Origin: Octopus bimaculoides
Lineage: Eukaryota
Direction: 5' to 3'
NCBI RefSeq assembly: GCF_001194135.2
Contig: NC_068986.1
Location: forward strand, 80,769,295-80,804,273
DNA: 34,979 nucleotides
Part shown: positions 23,341 to 32,687 of the stretch, piece after piece
Layout: each line of letters opens with the position of its first letter
Numbering within the stretch: the stretch's first letter is position 1
Notes under the pieces: model-generated
Databases searched by the model: none
What the model was told of the DNA's origin: nothing
The model's input: only the letters and a program-made list of their open reading frames with translations
Position numbers and translations under genes: made by a program

Positions 23341-23548
23341 TTAACCCTTTAGTATTCAAATTGTTCCATCAAATGTTTTGAATTAATAATGCATTATCTT
23401 GCAGTTTTGAGATTTCAATGATGTGATTGTTTTATTTTTAGAATTACATTGTAAGGTAAGTGCAATATATTGGATCTGACCAGTTTGAACATAAAACAGA
23501 CAGAATATTTTGAGCCTGATATGACCAGTTTAAATGCTAAAGGGTTAA
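23341..23548 (+). mobile_element. piggyBac-type MITE (TTAA target, CCC...GGG termini)
   Basis: TTAA-CCCTTTAGTATT...AATGCTAAAGGG-TTAA. Paralogs at 10091 and 28677. Confidence 0.8.
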
Positions 23549-24118
23549 GTAAACAAGAAATTTGAAAATCTCTAATTATTCTAGCCAACACCAATTCCCC
23601 TCTTTCCCCAATTTTCTCCACCAAAGTCCTTTCACTTCATTACTTTGATTCACCTGCTAGAAACAGTAGCCAAATCTCTTCAAGTTCCCCCTCTTACACT
23701 CTCTCTGAATTATCTATCTTACTTCATTTGGTATACAGACATATGCACATATACACATACATTCACACACAGGCATGCACTCACACTCTCACGTGCATTC
23801 ACACTTGTTCTCTCTTGCTCTACTTTACTTAACATCTTCACTGAAACAAACCTTCACTCTTCCATTTCACCTCATCTCACATCTTCACTTAATTTTCCTT
23901 TCTCCTTCTCTCCACCTTCTCACTTTTCTCTCTCTTTGCTCCACATTTCTTGCTTCACATTTTATACCCACACACCTCTATTCCATTCCACTCCATCTCT
24001 GCACACTCTCATTCACACACCTCATAATCTCACCCTTTCCTCATCCTTCTTCACTTCTCATCCCTCCCCCTTATCCATTGGTTCTCTCTCTAAACCATGT
24101 TTTCTATTATATTTACAG

Positions 24119-24184
24119 AGAATTTGTTGGTCTTGCCATAATAGTTTTCTGGTTGTCTGTGTGTCGTTTCATGTCCCTGCCCAG
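24119..24184 (+). CDS. TMEM220: TMEM220-like exon 5 ((R)EFVGLAIIVFWLSVCRFMSLP(S))
   Basis: atatttacag|AGAATT...CCCAG|gtaata, phase 2-2. Resembles RELSGLVIITAWIILC. Confidence 0.92.
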
Positions 24185-24770
24185 GTAATATTCTATACAG
24201 TACGTACTTTTTTTTTATCATTGATCATGTCACACTTGTCCATAGCTACATGTTGATGGGGTAACTCTCCTACATGTGGTTATAGCTGCGGGACATAGTT
24301 ATACATGTAACGACAGCAACAAAATGTGCCACTTGTGTGTTTCTTTCATCTTACTTTTCAAATATGTTTGTTTTGTAGGTGATCTTTGTTCAACTTGTGA
24401 TAATGTGAAGTGGACAGTTTTGTGTTCTTCGTAGTCTGTGATAGAGGTATTAGAACCCAAGGCTGGGTCTGGGCATATTCCATGATGGATTTATGGATTT
24501 ATGTTATTGTCTGTGTACCATTGTTGTTGTGTCTTTTTGTTACTCAAATGTAGTACCTGGGATTACACTGGGTATGTTTGTGTTTCGTTTTCCTTTCTTT
24601 AGTATGTTTTATGTGCTGTGAATGTTGGGTTGTGCAGTATGTAACTTCAAGTATTTTTGTCTTCAATGCATGTGTTAATGTTGTCGAGTGGTATGCATTT
24701 GTTAAGCTGCACCATGGTCAATGCTCAATGGAGAGCTGAAGAAGATCAGATGAAGAGCAGTTGAAGGAAG

Positions 24771-25010
24771 TGGAGGTGTGTGACTTAGCGGTTAGGATGT
24801 TGGGACTCATGATTGTAAGATTGTGGCTTTGATTTCTGGACTGTGTGACACATGTTCTTGAACAAAACATTTCATGTTGCTCCAGTCAACTAATTGGGCA
24901 AAAATGAGTAATCCTGTGACCGACCAGCACATCGTCCAGGTGGGGAATATATACGCTATGGAAATCGGGAAACTGGCCCTTATGAGTTGGCATGATTTGA
25001 TAAAGAAACT
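24771..25010 (+). mobile_element. SINE family B copy
   Basis: gacttagcggttagg...cttgaacaaaacatttcatgttgctccagt...gggaaactggcccttatgag. Confidence 0.7.
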
Positions 25011-25901
25011 TCTTCAAAAGGACTCTAAGGAAGTGCAAGGTCAGTCCTAACTACCTGTCAGATGTTACTGTTGACTGTATCACTTGGGGGAAGCTGCCTA
25101 AAGATGGGATGTTCATGGAAAGAACAACAACTGAAGAGAGCCAGGTGAGACACAACCATATTTTCTACTATTACTGTCACCATTGAACTTATGTGCTTGA
25201 CAGGTTACAGAACTTGTGGGTTAAGTAGGACTGTTTCAGCCATCAAAGATCTCAGCATTAAAGAAGCGGATGTCATCATCAGTTATTTGATAACATATAA
25301 GATGTACTTTTTCCCCCAAAATATCTCAAAAACCACCCTGGGTACTATGTGTGAAGTTGGGCCTATGATGCTTTATAGCATCAAAAACTTTCCTGAAAGT
25401 GTGTTGCTGAATTTGGGGTGCATCTAATCTGTATGTATGCCATTTATACCATCAGTTATGGTTACTGATGTTTTGTTTTAGAATTGTCTTTCTCATTGAC
25501 TGAAATAGACTTCAAAGAGGTATATAGCAACTCACGTCAGGGTAATGATGGCTAGAAGTCATAGGGATGCCACATATGAGGATATGTGTATGATTTGCAA
25601 ACTGTTTGAAGCTCATGCGATTATGATTTTAAAAGCATTGGGGAAGGGAACAACTTGTTCAGAATATTACTAATTCTTCCATCTGCATTTATTGAATATG
25701 CTATGTAAGATAGATGGCATGACAAAAATTAAGAAAGTGATTTGTATTATGTTTTTATGACTAGCATGAAAGCAATTTGAAATCTTTGTTGATCTCAATG
25801 GTATTTGCAGTTGTACATTTTAGTTGGAAGTTGTGAAAGCTCTCTTAGTATAGAACAACATTGATTTTGGATTTTAACATTTAGTATGATATCTGACATG
25901 A

Positions 25902-26228
25902 AGGCGCATGGCTCAGTGGTTAGAGCATCAGGCTCACAATCATGTGGTAGTCCAGTTCCTGGACCAGGCTCTGTGTTGTATTCTTAAGCAAGACACTTTA
26001 TTTCACATTGCTCCAGTTCACTCAGCTGTAGAAATGAGTTGTGACATCACTGGTGCCAAACTGTATTGGCCTTTGCCTTTCCCTCTGATAACATTGGTGG
26101 CATGGAGAGGGGAGACTTGTATGCATGATCGAATGCTGGCCTTCCACAAACAATCTTGCCTGGGTTTGTGTCTCAGAGGGTAACTTTCTAGCTGCAGTCC
26201 CATGGTCATTCATGACCAAAGGGGGCCT
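25902..26228 (+). mobile_element. tRNA-derived SINE family B (CORE/V-like central domain)
   Basis: A-box TGGCTCAGTGG and central cttaagcaagacactttatttcacattgctccagttcactcagctg. The domain name is from recall and is tentative. Confidence 0.75.
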
Positions 26229-26234
26229 GTGTCC

Positions 26235-26575
26235 TTTTATGACATCTGAGGTATTTTGACTGCATCAGCTATGACTTCCCTAGGTTTTGACTGCATCAAC
26301 TATGACATTTTTATGTTTTGATTGTTTGTTATGACATCTGTATATTTTGACTGTATCAGCTTTGACATCTGTGTTTTGATTGTGTCAACTAAGTTATTAG
26401 CTATGATATCTGCAAGTTATTAGCTATGATACCTGCATGTTTTGACTGTCATTTATAAAAGTTGTGTATTTTAATGTCAACCATAACATCTGTGCATTCT
26501 TAACTGTCAGTTATGATGTGTATCTTTTGACTGTGGCTGGCTGTATGTTTTGATAATCAATTCTGACATTTAGAT
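26235..26575. repeat. Degenerate ~32-bp minisatellite (tatgacatctg...ttttgactg.atcagc)
   Basis: Repeated tatgac...ttttgact motif. Confidence 0.65.
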
Positions 26576-26948
26576 AATGTGCTTCACTATACTGAAGACT
26601 TGCATGTAAGTGTTGAAAAATAGATTTTCATGGATTATTTACTCTACACAAATATATCATAAACTGAATTCTATAGAACAATGGTATTAAAGGTTTCACA
26701 GAATAAAATATACAGATGGTCAGCATCTACATTCTGTCTGTCTATTTATCGAACTAATATGTTGATTGGATATGTAAATATTGTCTCTATATCTAGTCAA
26801 GCATCTACACTTGTATTTATCCAGTTAACATCTACACATCATATCTACCTACCTATCCAGTAAATGCTGGCAACATGTACACAGTGTGCCAATTTATTTT
26901 GTCAGCTTCTATACACCACATCTGTCTCTCATGACACTATATATATAC

Positions 26949-27292
26949 AGACATGCAAAGACTTGAAGGAAATGAAACCAGTATGCTTCACTGGATAAGT
27001 AATGTCAGTGTGCACATACGACAGAGTGTAAATGATTTGAGAGGAAAACTGGGTTTACATAGCATTAGATGTAATGTGCAAGAGAGAAGACTGTGCTGGT
27101 ATGGCCTTGAAATGCAGTTATAGTGCACCCTATCCACTCTGTAAAGTAGTTGGCATTAGAAAGGGCATCCAGTTGTGAATACCATGCCAAAACAGACAGT
27201 GGAACTTAGTGTAGACTTCTGACTTGCCAGCTCCTGTCATGCCATCCAACCCATGTCAGCATGGAAAACAGATGTTAAATGATGTTGATGAT
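26949..27292 (+). mobile_element. RTE LINE 3' end: C-terminal ORF fragment joined to the 3' tail
   Basis: DMQRLEGNETSMLHWISNVSVHIRQSVNDLRGKLG..RCNVQERRLCWYG, then a tail ending ccatgtcagcatggaaaacagatgttaaatgatgttgatgat. Confidence 0.85.
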
Positions 27293-27583
27293 AGTACATA
27301 CACTGTGTCTATCTGTTCAGTCGATATCTACACACTATGTCAATCAAAATAGTATTTACACACTGTGTCTATCTGTCTTTTTGTTCAGTTGCTGATGTCT
27401 CCCTGTCTGTTTGTTCAGTTGATGTCTACACAATGTGTAGATATTGAATGGATCATTCAATATCTACATACTGTGTCTGTCTATTCAGACACATTGTTTT
27501 TAATTTATCATCATGTAGTTATGAAAGAAAATCTGTTTTTCTATCCAATCATTGATATGATATTTCTATTGTCTTTTTTTCAG

Positions 27584-27725
27584 CCTCAGTGGACAGAGAA
27601 CCATAAAGGTGTTGTTTCTTTTATCTGTTGGTGTATCCTTGGTACCTCTGTTTTCCTGGGCACTCTGCTATGTTGGCAACTGGCACCAGGTCTTAGGGCA
27701 CTGCAAAGGAATGTTTGAATCTTGA
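27584..27725 (+). CDS. TMEM220: TMEM220-like exon 6, terminal (LSGQRTIKVLFLLSVGVSLVPLFSWALCYVGNWHQVLGHCKGMFES*)
   Basis: tttttttcag|CCTCAG...TCT TGA. Resembles LFPFISWVYIY...HCKTVI. The six exons total 567 nt = 188 aa + stop. Confidence 0.9.
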
Positions 27726-28516
27726 TTGATCACTTGGTTGATCTGCTTGGAACAGGACCGATTATATACCAGTTACGTGGGATTTCTATGTGAACTTCAA
27801 CAACAAAAAGCCTCTCTCTACACCTGAAACCTCTGTGATATACGATATATTTACATCACATTCATTGACCATGATCAAGTGACATAACATGGTACAGTGG
27901 TGTGTTCTCTGTAAGCCTGTATCTCTGGCACACTGTCAGTTCCTACTTGGAACCACATCATTTCATTTATATAGTAAAAGATCCATAAACATCACCACTA
28001 CTATTTTACACACCATTTTAAAATATAGGCTTCCTATATACATATATGAACAAAAATGATTATTAGCAATCAGAAAATAGACTTTGTGCAGCTTGAACTC
28101 ACAAACTTTTAGTTTACATAGGCTAAAATTTAATCATCTGTGGAATAAGTATTTAAACTTCATTTGAAGGTTCAGTCTTTAGCCAAATATGTCTATATAT
28201 TAATTTCTTATATACACATAGATACAGGTTTTACTATATATGTGTGTGATGGTAGTGGGGTTGGGAGATAATTATGTATGGACTTCATACCTCTCTTTAG
28301 AGCTTTAGTGGGTGAATTTTGGTGGAGGAAAGGTGTCTGGAGCCTCTTTAATAGAGTGTTCATGTTGTTGGGTGGTAGACTCAATTCATTGTTTGACACC
28401 AGCATCTAATCACCAAGCCAAGTCAATGGTTTAAAGATAATTCCCTCTTTTCCTGCCATCAGTCTTAGTGACCACCCAAAAGAGTCATCATTTCCTCTCT
28501 GCATAAACAAACTAAT

Positions 28517-28522
28517 AATAAA
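28517..28522 (+). promoter_or_regulatory. Candidate polyadenylation signal of the TMEM220-like gene
   Basis: AATAAA about 0.8 kb past the stop, followed by a genomic A-run at ~28539-28550. A second AATAAA lies at 28596-28601. Position-based inference only. Confidence 0.3.
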
Positions 28523-28676
28523 GTAATTGCAAATTTGTAAAAAAAAAAAATGATATGACAGACATATGAAATATATGTCTTGTTAAAACTATGAGAATAA
28601 AGTGGGCAAATGAAATCAAGTCGTTAATTGGATACCTATAGTTTAACGACAACACTCGTTACACATAGTGTATAGA

Positions 28677-28907
28677 TTAACCCTGTTGTAATATTCAGAT
28701 TAATTTATCAAATGTAATGCTTATTTATTAACATTTAAAAAAATTAATCATGCTGTATCTTGTAACTTCAAGATTTTGAAGATGTGATTGTTTAAGTTTA
28801 GAATGACATTGTAGGGTAGGTGTGCGAGGCTGAATCCAGCCAGTTTCAACATAAAGCTGGTAGAATATCTGGGTCGGTAATGGCTAGTTTAAATGTTAAA
28901 GGGTTAA
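28677..28907 (+). mobile_element. piggyBac-type MITE, same family
   Basis: TTAA-CCCTG...AATGTTAAAGGG-TTAA. Internal gatgtgattg, tttagaa and aacataaa blocks are shared. Confidence 0.75.
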
Positions 28908-30344
28908 GCAATAATAATGAAATACCTGAAGATGATTGCATGTGTAACCAGTTGAAATTTATTACATAGCATAACAATGTTACAAAGATATGTCTAATAT
29001 GAAATCTCATGAATCTGTTGCATTAAAATTCTAAGTTATGAGCTTCAAGTTGTTGATAGTAGATTAGAGTTTCACAATTAAAACTGATGGCTATGACTGA
29101 TATTTAAGACATGTAGGTATAATACTACTATTTATGACTTGCAATTGAAATCCACTGTTATGATCAGTCCCTACACTAACATTCCGAACTTATTGTTTGA
29201 TTGACACTGTAAGAATTTAGATGACTATGCTGATACTGAAAACTGAAAAGCTGAGTATGCCACAAGCTTAGAAAATGTAATAGTTTCATTCCCTGGCCAA
29301 ATCTATTTCATTTCATTAACACTAATTAAGCTTTTGCAAAAGGTATAAATATTAGAAGTCACATTTCTCATGCCCACATAATATATGTTATTAGATTAAT
29401 ATTTAAGATCAGTATATAAAATCAATAATCCTATGCATAGATTATGATCCCACGATAATTCTTCCACATCACAGTATAATTAAATTCAAGTCAATCTATT
29501 CAAAAGTCAGGTGTTTATATATTTCTATACAAAACCCCACTCTGACTGAAACTGACCTTTTTTTTTTCCAAATTTGTTTCCATTGAAAATATTTTCTTGT
29601 TTAAAAAATTGAGACACTTGATAATCATGACCAAACACTCTTGGATTAGAATTTCAACAAATTTTGAAACAAAATGGAAACTGCCTTAAAATTCCAATAA
29701 ATGTTTTAAGTTCTGGAACTCTAATGCTGATTTTCTGATTTTAATTTGATGAGTTTTCATTCCATTTCTTGAAATAAGGTTCCAGAGCTGAAGAAATCAG
29801 CAAATATTCCTCAGTTGATATAATCCCAGTATATCCTCAATATATTTCCTTGTGATAATGACATATGAATTATAAAATTGAAGAAATAAATGTATTTATC
29901 TGCAAATACTTTTGCTCTTGTTTCAGTTGTTTTACTTCTTGTTTAAAGTCAAGCACTTTTATTACATAAAATCTCTATCAATTTCTCTCACAGTCTGGCA
30001 CTATACAACACCAAACCATCTCTTCCATTAGAGCAGTAGAATAGGTAGAAGTGTGGTTCAGGTGAGATTAAAAGCAACACAGCGAGTAGCAATTTTAATT
30101 GCAGCTGGGAGTAAAAGAACTCAAGGGCTAAGAATATGGCTGTAGCTGGGATCAAAAACTATAAAATGATTAATAGATATTATGAAATATGGCAAGGAAC
30201 AAAATGACATAAGATACATGAGTATTGTAATTTGATTGAAACATTGCAATGTCTGTAAATGACATAAATGCCTGTAAAAAATCTTTTGAGCAATGCAGAT
30301 TATAAGTTATGCAAAATATGTTAAGTGATGTCAATGAATGAAAA

Positions 30345-31452
30345 CAGAAAAAATTGCGAAAGGTTAGATTTGTATTTTTGGTGGCCACAAAGCACTGACG
30401 AAACAGGTGTTTGATGTACAATTTCTTGAAATTAGAAATCACCTGCTGGTCCATGGGCTGCAAGATAGGGGTGGTGTAGCGTGAAAGGTATAGATAGGGC
30501 TTTTATGAATTTAAATTCGTCCAGGATGTCATCTTCGAAGTTAGAAAGGTGAACAGGAGCATTATCGAGGATGAGGAGGGCCTTGAGAGGAAAATCGTTC
30601 TCCAGATCGTACATTTTTACTGCTGGTCCGAAGATAAGTTTGGTCCACATGGTGAAGAATTGCTTGGTGACCCAGGTTTTAACGTTTGCCTTCCACATCA
30701 TCTGCAGCTTCTCCTTCAAGATTTTGTGCAACTTGAACGCTTGTGTATTTTCGAAACGGTAGATGAGGAGCGGCTTAGTCTTCAAGTCTCCATACGCAGT
30801 GGAACAAAGGGCGACAGTTAGCCTATCTTTCATAGGTTTGTGGCTTGGCGTTTTCTTCTCCTCTGCAGTTATGTAGATTCTTCAGAGCTTTTTGTGTTTT
30901 TTTTTTTTTTTCAAAAATGGTCAGTTTCATCACAGTTAAATATCTGTTGTGCGATGTACCCCTCGGCTGCGATGAGTTGACGGAATTCACGCACGAAATC
31001 CTCAGCTGCCTTNNNNNNNNNNNNNNNNNNNNNNNNNNNNNNNNNNNNNNNNNNNNNNNNNNNNNNNNNNNNNNNNNNNNNNNNNNNNNNNNNNNNNNNN
31101 NNNNNNNNNNNNNNNNNNNNNNNNNNNNNNNNNNNNNNNNNNNNNNNNNNNNNNNNNNNNNNNNNNNNNNNNNNNNNNNNNNNNNNNNNNNNNNNNNNNN
31201 NNNNNNNNNNNNNNNNNNNNNNNNNNNNNNNNNNNNNNNNNNNNNNNNNNNNNNNNNNNNNNNNNNNNNNNNNNNNNNNNNNNNNNNNNNNNNNNNNNNN
31301 NNNNNNNNNNNNNNNNNNNNNNNNNNNNNNNNNNNNNNNNNNNNNNNNNNNNNNNNNNNNNNNNNNNNNNNNNNNNNNNNNNNNNNTGGTCTGGTTTTTA
31401 AATTTTTTTTCAAGATGGTGCAGGTCGTCGACGTGCTTCGGTCGTATTGACG
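30345..31452 (-). mobile_element. Tigger/pogo-family DDE_1 transposase remnant (frameshifted, gapped, interrupted by the LTR)
   Basis: Motifs IFNCDET, HKPMKDRLT, KPLLIY, WKANVKTWVT, KALLILDNAPVH, QPMDQQVISNFKKLY. Confidence 0.9.
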
Positions 31453-32495
31453 TGTAGTGAAACCACCTCTCTCGGTTATTTATTTACAAATGCGAACGTA
31501 GCGGGTAACATCTAGCCTTCAGTCTGCCTTGGACCCTGCTGATTGGCTCTTATTTGCGCGGCATTTGTCACCGGTTCTGTTTCGCGCCAGGGTGCATACC
31601 GACTAATCGTGGCCTTCTAATAAGGTCACGTGAGATAGTGTTTTTCTGATGTTTCTGGAGCCCCTTTTTACCTATAAATAGCCTGCTTTATCCACGCCAG
31701 TCGCGATTTCAGACCTCTCTGAGGTCTGGTCGTTGACCACCCAGCACCAGCAACAGTTTCCAGCGACGACATCAACACCACCGTTCAACTGTTTACTACA
31801 GTCTCGTCGCCAACGTCAACACGACGCTACTATTTACACAAGCCAGCAACCGCGGTTCATCTCGATACTGTTTGTGTGGATTGTTTCCACCACGAAAATA
31901 ACAGCCAGAACAACCTGCGAGAGTCTTCTGTATCCAAGTAACCGGTCGCAGCATCGTAGCCTCAACTTCTTCTCACATGTGACACTTCAGCTCTGCTATT
32001 CGGCCACAACCTCTTATGTACAGACATTCTATCTACTGTGTAACTCAACTATGAACTGGTACTTCCTTATTTTTGTGTTCAGGACGCTTATCATCCATAT
32101 TACAGACTATGAACTGGTATTTTCTTATCTTTGTGTCCAGGACGCTGATCGTCCATGTTACAGACTCATTTCCATGCTCTGTATTTCTCATTCACACGCA
32201 TACACATATTTATGTATACACTCTCTTGTTTGCACGACGGCCTGTCATATATATTGTGTTATTATTAGTATGCCACATTCACGTACACACAGACACACAG
32301 TTTACAACTCTAAATAAACTTACTCTTTATATATATTTAACGGTTGTGTCTCTCTCTTTCCTTGCTGGCATTTCCTCGCATTTCTTATGCGAGTTCTCTT
32401 ATGTTATTTTATATTTTGTGTCGACCATGCGACGCGTTAAAAGGAGCCTGTTCCATTCGTCGCCATCTCCTTGGTTCGCACGGTCGTTTTCTACA
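31453..32495 (+). mobile_element. 5' LTR (~1043 bp) of an LTR retroelement
   Basis: Termini TGTAG...CTACA, TATAAATA at 31673-31680, AATAAA at 32313-32318. A primer binding site starts 3 nt downstream. The first 47 bp are repeated exactly at 32641-32687. Confidence 0.85.
32049..32167 (+). repeat. 58-bp tandem duplication inside the LTR
   Basis: ctatgaactggta(c/t)tt(c/t)cttat(t/c)tttgtgt(t/c)caggacgct... repeats at 32049 and 32107. Confidence 0.85.
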
Positions 32496-32498
32496 AAC

Positions 32499-32519
32499 TG
32501 GTGACCCCCGACGTGATTC
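32499..32519 (+). promoter_or_regulatory. Primer binding site complementary to the tRNA-Trp 3' end
   Basis: TGGTGACCCCCGACGTGATTC compared with the reverse complement of the eukaryotic tRNA-Trp 3' end, TGGTGACCCCGACGTGATTC: one extra C. Confidence 0.85.
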
Positions 32520-32640
32520 TGTTCACGTAGCTTCTCTTAAATGGTGACTATAGGACCAACCGTTCTTTCAGTTTTTTTTACTGCAATTATTTCCTGTGTC
32601 GTCTGTTTTGTTTTTGTCAAACCGACTGGTGTGAGGCTAT

Positions 32641-32687
32641 TGTAGTGAAACCACCTCTCTCGGTTATTTATTTACAAATGCGAACGT
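32641..32687 (+). mobile_element. First 47 bp of the 3' LTR, cut by the Penelope-like element
   Basis: Identical to 31453-31499. Preceded by a weak purine-rich GGTGTGAGGCTA. Confidence 0.8.

Noticed and set aside
23645-24256. 203-aa and 137-aa ORFs rich in H/L/S/F
   Set aside because: These come from pyrimidine-rich low-complexity intron sequence. Only 24119-24184 is a real exon.
24380-24700. Possible I/Jockey-type LINE fragment on the minus strand (SIMEYA..W-like)
   Set aside because: A single short, degenerate motif is too little to call. The same applies to RTE-like traces at ~1040-1370 and ~23140-23320.
25062-25144. Possible alternative TMEM220 exon in intron 5 (DVTVDCITWGKLPKDGMFMERTTTEESQ)
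   Set aside because: The acceptor is weak, the 83-nt length and phase do not fit the phase 2-2 junction, and there is no family similarity.
25902-25975. tRNA gene
   Set aside because: The A-box is present, but the B-box and cloverleaf are degenerate and the sequence continues into a SINE body. The same applies to 18652-18735. The tRNA-Trp match at 32499 is a primer binding site, not a gene.
27365-27718. 117-aa ORF overlapping the last exon
   Set aside because: Its 5' part is a degenerate tandem repeat and intron. The TMEM220-like frame in the exon is a different one.
29994-30061. Plus-strand segment with a good acceptor (tttctctcacag) and donor (CAG|gtgaga)
   Set aside because: It has stops in all three frames and lies beyond the TMEM220 stop. 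A non-coding exon cannot be supported without RNA data.
31733-32317. 194-aa ORF as a gag or accessory gene
   Set aside because: It lies wholly inside the LTR, crosses the 58-bp tandem duplication and has no gag or zinc-knuckle motif.
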